Origin: the human T2T-CHM13v2.0 reference genome, Homo sapiens
Length of the DNA stretch: 64,000 bases
Direction: 5' to 3' (one strand)
NCBI RefSeq assembly: GCF_009914755.1
Contig: NC_060929.1
Every line of letters begins with the position of its first letter. The first letter of the stretch is position 1. The notes under the pieces were generated by a model. It saw only the letters and a program-made list of their open reading frames with translations, did no database searches and was not told the DNA's origin. Positions 38,860 through 56,200 of the stretch are shown here, in pieces. Made by a program: the position numbers and the translations under genes.

Positions 38860-39430
38860 GTCAGTGTTATTTCTGCTCACCCAGCAGCCATTCCCCTCTC
38901 TGGGAAAGGCGCCCTGATTTTCCCGCAGGGGAGCAGCCTTCCCCCACAGGCAGCTCATGCAGTCTCATGGGGCTGAGCCACGCTCTGACTTCAGGGGTGA
39001 GCATGAAGCCCAGGCCTGGTCAATAAGAGCAAGGACCTCCTGGTCTCAGTGATCAGCTCAGGGAGCGCCACGCGGCCTACAGCAAGATACAACACGAGGG
39101 GTTTCCTAAGCCACATGACTCTCCCCCTGAGCCAGCTCTGGCCCATGGAATATGAGCAGAAGTGACTCATGCCGCTTTCCGGCCTGCAGCTCGCGATATC
39201 TCCCAGGTGTGACATTGTCTCCTTTGCCTTTCTGGGATAACCTTGAGACCTGGCACTGAAGATGTTAGGGTCACAAAATGGGAGGAGCCCAGACATGTTA
39301 GTGACTACTTGGAGGGCTCCCATCCCCCCGACATCGGACTATGACGTGAGCGGTAACATTTTATAATGTTAAGTCACTGAGCTCTCAGGATTTATGTGTT
39401 GCCATAGCAAAGTCTAGCCCACGCTGACAA
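38860..39430 (+). mobile_element. MLT1-type MaLR LTR fragments
   Basis: GTTAAGTCACTGAG...GGATTTATGTGTTGCCATAGCAAAGTCTAGCCCACGCTGACAAATA MLT1-type 3' end. Confidence 0.5.
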
Positions 39431-40499
39431 ATATACGACCCAAACCCAAGCCAGACTAATTAGAGTGGGGCCCTAAGGACTTGGGTTTGGAAAGCGTCTC
39501 TCTTTTCCCTGAAGTTGCTAAGCCATTAGGATATAAACCTGGAGTGCCAGGGGCCGGTCATTTACTGTACATGTATTTCATTTATGATATGAGAATTTAC
39601 TGAACCCTTTCTATGCTCCTGGCAGTGGCCTGGACTCACAGGTCACAGCTTCCAAGTGGGGAGGAGCCAGTCTGAGGATGAGGCTAACACAGAAGAAAGC
39701 CAAATCGAGAAGCAGAGCCTGGCTTTAGACCCCTGGATCCAACCACACCTGGAACCATCTGCATTCTTTCTTGTAAACCGTTTTGAGACTTGCATGCAAC
39801 AAGTCAAAACTAATTCAAGGATAAAAACCGTATCAAAAGCAAGGTCATAGGCCTTGTGTCATCCAGAGGGACTGGTTAGAGGCAGGATGTAGATACTGGC
39901 TCAGACAGAACCTTCCAGAACAGAGCAAGTGAATGCAATGGTGTACAGGACTAGGCATGCCCTGCCTCACCGGGATTCAGCTGCAATGGTGCCTGTACCT
40001 TTACCAAGGGCAGGGGAGGGCAGGGGAGGGAAGCGCAGCCCTGGCACCCAACCTAGCACCGAGGTTTGACCTGATACCCAGGCTCGTCTGTGGGCACTCA
40101 GAGGCCAACCCTGTGTTCTGACTGCTCAGGTCGGCTCCACGAGCACCAACCGCACACCTGACCCCAGGCTTTGCAGGCACGACAAAAAACAAGTCAAAAT
40201 TAGGAGACAATGCAAGTCAATTCAGTTGTGTTCAGCGCATGTTTATGGAGCTTCCACTGTGTTCCATTTTCAGTCCTCCTTTGGAAAACCATCTCCAACA
40301 CTTTTTACATGTCAAAAACTTTTTTCTCCCTCCCTGCATTCCTCCCTCTCTTCCTTCCTTCCTTCTTGCTGCTCAACAGTAGCTGAATATAACGTCAGCA
40401 ATGCCTGTGCCGGGCAGTGATCATGGAAAGATCAGTGGGACCTAGGGCATCAGATTCACAGAGAGTGTGCTATCATTCAGCTGTTTACAAAATATGTAT

Positions 40500-40782
40500 A
40501 TACAGGGTCTCACTCTGTTGCCCAGGCTGGAGTCCAGTGGCACAATAATGGCTCACTACAGCCTGGAACTCCTGGGCTCAGGTGATTCTCCTGCTTTAAC
40601 CTCCCAAAAGTAGCCGGCACCACAGGCGTGCACCACCACTCCTGGCTAATTTTTATATTTTTTGTAGATATGGGGTTTGGCCATGTTGCCCAGGCTGGTC
40701 TCAAACTCCTGGGCTCAAGCAATCCTCCCACCTCGGCCTCCCAAAGTGCTGACATTATAGGTGTGAGCTATGGTACCCTGCC
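40500..40782 (-). mobile_element. AluJ
   Basis: Diverged dimer, AluJ diagnostics. Confidence 0.9.
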
Positions 40783-41414
40783 TTACAAAATATTTTTAGC
40801 TCTTCATCCTCTGAGCACATGATAGGCTCACACTTCCCAGCCGCCGTGTTTGGGTGGGGTTGGACGACTAATGAGTCAGACAAATGAGCTGAAGCATTTA
40901 ATTGCTTATGCAAGATCTGCCAAAGCTCTCGGTTTCCCCCTGCCATGATGACGATTGAAATGACTGTTGAAATGGTGGCTGCTTTTTTAGCCTGAGTCCT
41001 GGAGAAATGAGACATGGAGCAGGAGCCATGGATAACCTATCGTAAACATGTGACATGAGGAAGAAGTCAAGCTTTGCTGCTATACCTCATTAAGAGTTGA
41101 GGGTTCTCTGTTATTGAAGCATGGCTTCGCTTATCCTGACTGATGCACAAATTTGCCAAAGGATGTAACACTGAGTAACACGCACAACAGAGAGGCTTCC
41201 ACAGCACAGCTACGCAGGTCTCCCAAGAGTCTCTGCTCAAAGGACACTGTGCTCCTCCTTGGTTGAGGTCTTGGTTCCTGCTAAGGCCCCTGTCTTTACA
41301 CTTCTGCCCTCCCACCTCAGATGGAAACGACTTTTCATCAGTCTGTCTGTGGTCTGACTTCTGGACCGAGCTGGCCTGGACAGGATGCCCTACCAGCGAT
41401 CCTGCCTCTGAAGC

Positions 41415-42609
<1,195 letters not shown>

Positions 42610-42859
42610 TGAAAAGTAAAATAAAGCCTCAAGTCCCCATTGCTTTGTTGAGTAGGGACCAGCGTCTGTGCTGGTTCTCTTCCTTCTGCCTGAGCTGATA
42701 AGATGTCCAAGGCTGGGATGGGAATGTTCACACCATTTGGGTGCTGGCTTTTCCCTCTAAGAGTAATTCATGGGAACTCTCCATCTGTCCAAATGTCTGC
42801 AACTTAGGTCTTAGAAATTTTTCTGACCACTGAATGTGGGTTCACCACTCCTAAGTGTT

Positions 42860-43330
42860 ATTTTATGAGTGTTTAATGATTTCTTCAGATATTTCTTCTT
42901 GGTTTGGATCCATTGCTCGTGAGCTGGTGTGATCTTTTAGGGGTGTTAAAGAAACTTGCTTTGTCATATTACCAGAATTACATTTCTTTTTTTTTTTTTT
43001 TTTTTTTTGAGACGGAGTCCCGCTCTGTCCCCCAGGATGCCACGCCCGGCTAATTTTTTTTTAAATATTTTTTAGTAGAGACGGGGTTTCACCGTGTTAG
43101 CCAGGATGGTCTCGATCTCCTGACCTCGTGATCCACCTGCCTCGGCCTCCCAAAGTGCTGGGATTACAGGCGCGAGCCACTGCGCCCGGCCCAGAATTAC
43201 ATTTCTAACTCCTTCTCATTTGGGTAGACGATGTCAGAGGGAAGATCTGGGGCTCAAGGGCTGCTGTTCGGATTCTTTTGTCCCATGGGGTGCTCCCTTG
43301 ATGTAGTGCTCTCCCCCTTCCCTTAGGGAA
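42860..43330 (-). mobile_element. L1PB-like 5'/ORF1 fragment with an internally deleted AluY (42988-43191)
   Basis: TTGGATCCATTGCTCGTGAGCTGGTGTG...GGGGTGCTCCCTTGATGTAGTGCTCTCCCCCTT; Alu TSD CAGAATTACATTTCT. Confidence 0.75.
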
Positions 43331-43445
43331 GGCATATACTAAAAGGCAAAAAATGGTTTGAAGAGATAGACCAAGTGTCAGACCCACACTCAGAGGTGGC
43401 AGGGATGTTGAAATGATGACTGTGAATTTTAAACAATTATGATTA

Positions 43446-43862
<417 letters not shown>

Positions 43863-43972
43863 TTAGAGATGGAAACTACTGTAAAGGGAATGAGGAACGC
43901 CTTTGGTGGGACCATTAGTAGATTACACATAATGAGGGAAAAAAATATCTGAGCTTGTAGATACGTCAATCA

Positions 43973-44092
<120 letters not shown>

Positions 44093-44206
44093 TCACAAGG
44101 TCAAGAGATCGAGACCATCCTGGCCAACATAGTGAAACCCCATTTCTACCAAAAATACAAAAATTAGCCGGGCGTGGTGGTGCACGCCTGTAGTCCCAGC
44201 TACTCA

Positions 44207-44446
<240 letters not shown>

Positions 44447-45322
44447 TCATAACTGAGCATTTTCCCCCATTAATGTCAGGCACCAAACCACAGGCAAGGA
44501 AACTCAGGGAACAGCAATCGGGATAAATCCCTCCAAAACCAAAAAGATGACCCCTCAGCATATCATATTCAAACTGCAGAAATCAAAGATAACAACACAA
44601 TCTTGAAAGAAACCAGAGGGGGAAAACATCTTATCTACCCAAGAAGCAAAGATAAGAATTACATCTGACTTCTCAGAAACCATGAAAGCAAAAAGGGTGA
44701 AGTGAAATATTTTAAGCGTTAAGGGAAAAAAACCCACCAACTTACAATTCCCCAACTTATAATTCCATATTCTGTGAAACCATCAAAAGTAAAGGAGAAA
44801 GACTTTCTCAGACAAACACAAATTGACAGTTTGGCAACAGTAGACCTACCTTGCAAGAAATGTTAAAGAAGTTTTTCAGAGAGAAGATAAAATCAGATCT
44901 ACATAAAAAGGGAAGGGTAATATAGAAGAAATAAGTGAGGGTAAAAGAAACACTTTTATTTTTCTTATTCTTAATTGATCTAACAGATAACTGTTCAGAT
45001 AATCCCAGCAACAATGTATTCAACGATTATAGCATATGTATAAATGAAAAATTACAGCAATGATACAAGACTCAGGAGGGAGGAATTAGGAATATTTTGT
45101 TATTATAAGGTACTTGCACTACCTGTGAAATGGTATAGAGTTATTCTGAAAGTGAATTTGGACGAGTTGTAAATGTGTATTGCAAGCTCTAGGATGACCA
45201 CTAAAACAAAGTTTTTGAAAAAGTATAATTGAGTAGGCTGGGCGTGGTGGCTCACGCCTGTAATCCCAGAACTTTGGGAGGCCGAGGCAGGTGGATTGCT
45301 TGAGCTCAGGAGTTCGAGATCA

Positions 45323-45697
<375 letters not shown>

Positions 45698-45959
45698 TCA
45701 ATTATATAATTACTTTAAACATCAATGGTCTAACTATACCGATTAAAAGACAGAGATTGTCAGAGTGGATCAAGAAACAGACCGAACTATATGTTGTCTA
45801 CAATAAATCCGATTTAAATATGTAGACACATGTAGATTAAACTTAACGAGATGGAGAAAAATATACCATGCAAACTAATCAAAAGAAAGCTAGGTGCTGT
45901 TATCAAATGCGTTCTTATCTTAGAGACTGAAAAAAGAAAGAAGATAGGAAATACTAGTA

Positions 45960-47170
<1,211 letters not shown>

Positions 47171-47508
47171 GAGAAACGTGGAGCGGCTATACTAACTTCA
47201 GACAGAGCAAACTCCAGAGCAAAAAAAACTCTCAGGGATAAATGGGGCCATTCTATAATGGTAATGACGCCAGTTCAGAAGACACAACAACCCTTAATGT
47301 GTAACAACAATGCATACAAAAAACTACTATTGTAGCTGGAGACTTCATCACCCCTCTATCAGAAATAGATCTAGCAGGCAGAAAATGATTAAGGACATAG
47401 TTGAACTCAACAGCACCATCAAACAACTGTATATAATTAACATCTATAGACAACTTTAACCAACAATAGCAGAATATTCTTCCCAAGTTCACGTGGAACA
47501 TTCATTAA

Positions 47509-47832
<324 letters not shown>

Positions 47833-48535
47833 TGATTCCCCCCACCTCAACCTCCCAAAGTGCTGGGATTACAGGTGTGAGCCACCATGCCCGGCCCACG
47901 ATGTAATTAAACTAGAAACCAATAACAGATAGCCAGAAAATCCCAGAATATATGGAGATTAACTCACTTCTAAATAATACATGGGTCAAAATAGGAATCT
48001 CAAGAGAAATTTAGGAATATTTTGAGCTAAATGAAACTAAAATATACAACTTAACACTTGTAGGATGCAGTGAAAGCAGTACTTAGAGGGAAATTTATGG
48101 CATTCTATGCAAATGTTAGGAAAGAAGAAAGGTATGAAATCAATAATCTAAGCTTCTACCACAGGAAAATAGAAAAAGAGGCACAAATGAAGTTCAAGGT
48201 AAACAAAAGAAAAGAAATAATAAGAATTAGAGCAGAAATCGATGAAACTGAAAACAAGAAATCTGCCAGGTATGGTGGCTCATCCCAGCACTTTGGGAGG
48301 CTAAGTCAGGAGGATGGCTTGAGCTCAGAAGTTTGAGACCAGCCTAGGAAACATGGCAAAACCTCGTCTCTACCAAAAATACAAAAATTAGCCTGTCATG
48401 TTGGTGTGTGCCTATAGTCCCAGCTGCTCAGGAAGCTGAGGTGGGAGGATGCTTTGCACCTGGGAAGCAAAGGTTGCAGTGAACCAAGATCACGCCACCG
48501 CACTCCAGCCTGCATGACAGAGCCAGGCCTCGTCT

Positions 48536-48571
<36 letters not shown>

Positions 48572-48710
48572 AAGAAAAAAGAAAACAGAAAATCAGTAGA
48601 GAAAATGAGCTGGTTCTTTGAGGAGATCAGTAAAATTTATTCGTATCTTGCCATGCTATTAAGGAAAAAAGAAAAAAGACACAAATTACTAATATTAGAA
48701 ATGAAAGAGT

Positions 48711-49118
<408 letters not shown>

Positions 49119-50527
49119 CTATCTGAATACTCCTATATCAGTTAAAGAAATTGATTCACCCTCAAACCTGGGAGGCGGAGATTGCAGTGAGCCAAGATTG
49201 CATCACTGTACTCCAGCCTGGGTGACAGAACAAGACTCTGACTCAAAAATAAAGAAAAAAATAAAAGAAAGGACTGTGCTAGATGGTGAATTCTACCAAA
49301 CATTTAGAGAAGAAATTAAAATTCTCTCCAATCTCTTCCAGAAGTTAGAAGCAGAGGGAATACTTCTGAACTCACTCTGTGAGGCCAGTATTACCCTAAT
49401 CCCAAAAGCAGACAAAGGCATTATAAGAAAATAAAATGGCAGACCAATATCTCTCATAAACATGTATGAAAAAATCCTCAACAAAATACTAGCAAATAGA
49501 ATCCTACAATCTGTAAAAACAATTATAAACACTGACCAAGTATGTGAGACTAATTGAATATTCAAAAACCAATTAATGTAATGTAACTCATTACATCAAC
49601 AGACAAAAGAAGAAAAATCATATGGTCATCTTAGTAACTGCGATAAAAAGCATCTTCCTCAACTTGATGAAGAACATCTACCAAAAACCTGCAGCTAACA
49701 TCATCCTTATGGAAAGAAGCTACAAGTTTTCCCATTAAGATCAGGAACAAGGGCTGGGCACGTGGCTTATGCCTATAACCCCAATAGTTTGGGAAGCCAA
49801 GGTGGGTGGATCACCTGAAGCCAGGAGTTTGAGACCAGCCTGGCCAACATGAGGAAAACCCGTCTCTACTAAAAAAACAAAAATTAGCCAGGCGAGGTGG
49901 TGCACACCTGTAATCCCAGCTACTCAGGAGGCTGAGGCACAAGGATCATTTGAACCCAGGAGGCGGAGGTTGCAGTGAGCTGAGTTCACGCCACTGCACT
50001 GCTGCCTGGGCAACAAAGTGAGACTGTGTCTAAAAAAAAAAAAAATTGGGAACAAGGCAAAGATGTCCCCTCACCTTTTCTTTTCAATATCATACTGGAA
50101 GTTCTTGTTAATCCAATAAGACAATAATAGGAACTAAAAGGAATATGGATTGGGAAGGAAGACAAAACTGTCTTTGTTCACAGATGACATGATTTTCTAT
50201 GTATAAAGTCTAAAAGAACAAACAACAAAAAAACCTCCTGGAAATTATAAGAGATTATAGCAAGGCTTCAGGATACAAGGTAAATATATAAAAGTTAATT
50301 CCTTCCTTATATATGAGCAATGAACAAGTGGAATTTGAAAGGAAAAACATACTATTTTAATTAGCACCCAAAAGAATGTAATACTTAGATATAAATCTAA
50401 TAAAACATGTACAGGATCTATATGAGGAAAACTGCAAAACTCTAAGGAAAGAAATAAAAGAACTAAATAAATGGAGAGATAGTCCATGTTCATGGACAGA
50501 AAGATTCAATATTGTCAAGATGTCAGG

Positions 50528-50894
50528 TGTCTTAGTCTGTTCAGGCTACTATAACAAAATACCTTAAACTGGGTATTGTATAAATAGCAGAATTTATTGC
50601 TGACAGTTCTGGAGACTGGGAAATCCAAGATCAAGGCACCAGCAGATTTGGTGTTTGGTGAGGGCCTGTTCTTCACAGATGGCACCTTCTCATATACCCT
50701 CATATGGCAGAATGGGCAAACAAGCCTTATAAAAGGAGCTATAACCTCTTTTATAAGGATATTAATCCCATTCATAAGGGCAGAGCCCTTGTGACTTAAT
50801 CACCTCCAAAGGCCACACATTTTAGTATGATTGCATTGAGGATTAGGTATCAATATATGAATTTTGTGGGGACACAAACATTTAAACCATAACA
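50528..50894 (-). mobile_element. MST/MLT1A-type MaLR solo LTR
   Basis: TGTCTTAGTC...AAACCATAACA termini, 5-bp TSD TCAGG/TCAGT inside L1 ORF2. Confidence 0.85.
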
Positions 50895-51267
50895 TCAGTT
50901 CTTCTCAACTTGAGCTATAGGTTAAATGCAATCATAACGAAATTCCCAGCAGGTTATTTTGTGAATATCTATGAATTGATTCTAAAGTTTATGTAGAGAG
51001 GCAAGAAGACCCAGAGCCATCAACACAATATTGAAGGAGAAGAATAAAGTTGGGGGACTGACACTACTTGATTTCAGGATTACTTTAAAGCTACAGCCAT
51101 CAAGACAGTAAGGTATTGATGACAGAACAGACAAATAGATGAATGGAAGGGAGTAGAGAGCCCAGACAGAAATAGACCCACACAAATATAGTCAACTAAT
51201 ATTTGACAAAGGAGCAAAGGCAATCCTATGGAGCAAAGATAGCCTTCATCAAATGGTGATGGGCATC

Positions 51268-51643
51268 TATGTTAGTTCGTTCTCACACTGCTGATAAAGA
51301 CATACATGAGACTGGGTAATTTATAAAGGAAAGAGATTTAATTGACTCACAGTTCAGCATGGCTGGAGAGGCCTCAGGAACCTTACAATCATGGTGGAAG
51401 AGGAAGCAAACACGTCCTTCTTAACATGACGGCAGCAAGGGGAAGTGCAGAGCAAAAGGGGAAAAGGCTCCTTATAAAACCATTAGATTTTGTGAGAACT
51501 CACTCATTATCATGAGAACAGCATGAGAGTAACCACCCCTATGATTAAACTACCTCCTACCGGGTCCCTCCCATAACACGTAGGGATTATGAGAACTGCA
51601 ATTCAAGATGAGATCTGGGTGGGGCCACAGCCAAACCATATCA
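51268..51643 (-). mobile_element. THE1C-like MaLR solo LTR
   Basis: GTTCTCACACTGCTGATAAAGACATAC...CACAGCCAAACCATATCA; TSD GCATC. Confidence 0.9.
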
Positions 51644-51654
51644 GCATCTATGTT

Positions 51655-51688
51655 GCCGGCGGGGCGGGGCGGGGCGGGCGTGGGGGGT
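51655..51688. repeat. (GGGGC)n GC-box microsatellite
   Basis: GCCGGCGGGGCGGGGCGGGGCGGGCGTGGGGGG. Confidence 0.9.
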
Positions 51689-51961
51689 GAATAATCTGGA
51701 GACAATTCTTACATCCTTTGCATCCTTCACAGAAATTAACTCAAAATAGGTCACAGTCTTAAATAATATGCAAAACTATAAAACTCCTAGAAGATAACAT
51801 AGGAAAAAACCTAGATGACTTTTCAGATGCAATACAAAAGGCATGATCTGTGAAGGAAGAAATTGGTCAGCTGGACTTCATTAAAAATAAAAACGTGGGG
51901 CCGGGCGCGGTGGCTCACGCCTGTAATCCCAGCACTTTGGGAGGCTGAGGCGGGCGGATCA

Positions 51962-52219
<258 letters not shown>

Positions 52220-52346
52220 TTAATAGCAGAGGAGCTGTGCAGAGGGGTGGGTGGCAATGGTGCAGGGGATATATAGGAATTCTCTGTACTTTCTATTCAA
52301 TTTTGCTGTGAGCCTAAAACTTCTCTTGAAAAATAGTCTATTTTTA

Positions 52347-52822
<476 letters not shown>

Positions 52823-53236
52823 CTAAGAGAAGCCCTTGATGCAAAGAGTGGAGACGGGGGCCCCTAGGTATAACAGAGAGTCGGGGAAATCTACTTGCTT
52901 CCATCTCTTCCACCCTGCCCTCCAGGCAGTCTCACAGCGTTGCAGCAACAGTAGCCTCTGGAAGGTATCTGAAACTCTGAGGGAGGAAAACCCTTCCTAA
53001 CCAGACAGCTGTGGTCCCAAGAGGATAGGGGGACTCCCCACAGCTTTTGTTTTCTGTGTTCTCACACTGCCTGGCTCCACAGGCAGACACAGTGGGAAGA
53101 AGTACATGACAGAGCTGGAAAACGAAAGTCCCAACATTCGAGTTAGAAACTCAGGAAGTTTGGGGCGGGGCACGGTGGCTCATGCCTGTAATCCCAGCAC
53201 TTTGGGAGGCCGAGGCGGGTGGATTGCCTGAGGTCA

Positions 53237-53600
<364 letters not shown>

Positions 53601-55121
53601 TTAGCTGGCCATGTGCATGTATGCATCTGACCCTAAACGTCAGATTGATGGCTTTGAGAGCTAAGCTACAGGGGAGACCACCATTCAGGTCCCAGATTGG
53701 CCACTGGGTGCCGCACAGGCAGGACAAATATAAATACCACTGCGAAGGCTTTGAAAAGTAAACTGAGATTGGAATCACAGTACTCAGAAAGCAGGGAAGC
53801 ACCTGATTGCTAAAACAAGCAAACAAATCTCAACATTCTCCATTAGAGCTAAACGAGACTTAGAGTTCCAGAATGTAATATTCAAAATGTCCAGGACACA
53901 AGAGTGCTCAATATATGAAGAACTGGGCAAATCTTGACAACTCTCAAGGGAAAAGACAGTCAACAGATGCCAACCCAGAGATGACACAGATGCTATTAGA
54001 AGAAGATTTTAAAGCAACTATCACAGTCATGTTCCAGGAAGTTAGGGCAAACAACCCTTTGAAAGGAGTGGAAAGATAGCAATTTTTAGCAGAGAAATAG
54101 AAGATATTAAAAAGAACCCAATGGGAATTTTAAAACTTAAAAAAACTATAACCAGGCCTGGTGTGGTGGCTCACACTTATAATCCCAGTGCTTTGGGAGA
54201 CTGAAGCAGGAGGATCTCTTGAGGCCAGGAATTTGAGAGCAGCCTGGGCAACATAGTAAGACCTCATGTCTACAAAAAATTTAAAAATTAGCCAGATGTG
54301 ATGGTGTGCACCTGTAGTCCTAGCCACTTGGGAGGCTGAGGTGGGAGGCTCACTCCAGCCCAGGAGTTCAAGGCTGCAGTGAGCTATGATTGGGCCACTG
54401 TACTCAGCCTGGGTGACAGAGGAAGACCCTGTCTGTAGTAATAATAATAGACTGGGGAAGAAAATTACTGAACTTGAAGACAGAGCAAACTAAATTACTA
54501 AAATGACTGGATGACTACAGAGAACAAAAATGTAGAAAAAAATGAACACAGCCTCAAGCCTGTGAGATATATCAAAGGGCCCAATATTCATGTCATCATA
54601 ATTCCAAAAGAAAAGGTGAAATAATGAAAAGGAGTGTGAAAAAATTTTTGAAAAAGAATGACTGAAAACTCCCCAAATTTGGCAAAAAAAAAAAACACCC
54701 ATAAACTTACAAATGTAAGAAGCTAAGTAAAACACAAACAGGATAAACTTAAAGAAATCCATGCCCACACATATCATGTACTGAAACTAATGATAAAGAA
54801 ATATATCTTTAAAATAGAAAAAAAGGACACACTATAAATATGGAAACATCCATTCAAATAACTGCGGATTTCTGTTTTTGTTTTTGTTTTTGTTTTTGTT
54901 TTTGTTTGAGATGGAGTCTCACTGTTCTCGCCCGAGCCGGAATGAGATGGTGGGATCTCGGCTCACTGAAACCTCTGCCTCCTAGATTCCAGCAATTCTC
55001 CTGCCTCAGCCTCTCAAGTAGCTGAGATTATAGGTGCCCGCCACCACGCCCAGCTAATTTTTGTATTTTTAGTAGAGACGGAGTTTCACCATGTTGGCCA
55101 GGCTGGTCTCGAACTCCTGAC

Positions 55122-55593
55122 TTTCATACACGTCCGTGTGAAGAGACCACCAAACAGGCTTTGTGTGAGCAATAAAGCTGTTTATTTCACCTGGGTGCAG
55201 GTGGGCTGAGTCCGAAAAGAGAGTCAGCGAAGGGAGATAGGGGTGGGGCCATTTTATAGGATTTGGGAAGGTAATGGAAAATTACAGTCAAAGGGGGTTG
55301 TTCTCTGGTGGGCAGGGGTGGATCTCACCAAGTACATTCTCAAGGGTGGGGAGAATTACAAAGAACCTTCTTAAGGGTGGGGGAGACTACAAAGTACCTT
55401 CTTAAGGGTGGGGGAGATTACAAAGTACATTGATCAGTTAGGGTGGGGCAGGAACAAATCACAATGGTGGAATGTCATCAGTTAAGGCTGTTTTTACTTC
55501 TTTTGTGGATCTTCAGTTACTTCAGGCCATCTGGATGTATACCTGCAAGTCACAGGGGATGCGATGGCCTGGCCTGGGCTCAGAGGCCTGACA
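55122..55593 (-). mobile_element. 3' LTR (LTR7Y-type, 472 bp)
   Basis: Sense TGTCAGGCCTCTGAGCCC...TATGAAA; type-II repeat units joined to a type-I TATA region (CCTATAAAA). Confidence 0.9.
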
Positions 55594-55606
55594 TTCCTGC
55601 CTTCTT
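55594..55606 (-). other. Polypurine tract
   Basis: AAGAAGGCAGGAA directly before the 3' LTR on the minus strand. Confidence 0.9.
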
Positions 55607-55755
55607 ATATTAATAAGACAAATAAAACAAAATAGTGTTGAAGTGTTGGAGCGGCGAAAATTTTTGGGGGGTGGTATGGAGAGAGAATGGGCGATGTTTC
55701 TCAGGGCTGCTTCGAGCGGGATTAGGGGCGGCGTGGGAACCTAGAGTGGGAGAGA

Positions 55756-56200
55756 TTAAGCTGAAGGGAGGTCTTGTGGTAAGGGGTGACATTGTGGGGA
55801 TGTTAGAAGAAACGTTTGTCGTATAGAATGATTGGTGATGGCCTGGATACGGTTTTGGATGAATTGAGAAGCTAAACGGAAGATACAAGGTCCAAATAAA
55901 AGGAGGAGAAAAATGGGTATTAAAGGACTAAGAATTGGGAGGACCCAGGACATCCAATTAGAGAGTGCCCAAGGGGGTTCAGCATAATTACTTGCTTGGT
56001 TGGCAAGTTTTTGGGCTCTATCCTTGAGTTTTTTTATGTTGTCATACACCAGGCCAGATTGATTTAGGTAAAAACAACACTCCTCATTTAAGAATATGCA
56101 GAGTCCTCCTTTCTCAGCAGTAAGTCAGTCAAGGCCTCGGCGGTTTTGGAGGACAACTGCAGCTAACGAGTCAACTTGGGCCTGGAGGGCTGATAAAGTT
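55756..56200 (-). pseudogene. env: HERV-H env TM remnant
   Basis: Translates [49 protein letters not shown]...WVLPILSPLIPIFLLLLFGPCIF: immunosuppressive domain (with a stop), CX6CC and TM helix. Confidence 0.9.

Noticed and set aside
55756-56049. 97-aa env ORF as a syncytin-like domesticated gene
   Set aside because: No ATG (GTG start), no signal peptide or SU domain, and a stop in the immunosuppressive domain.
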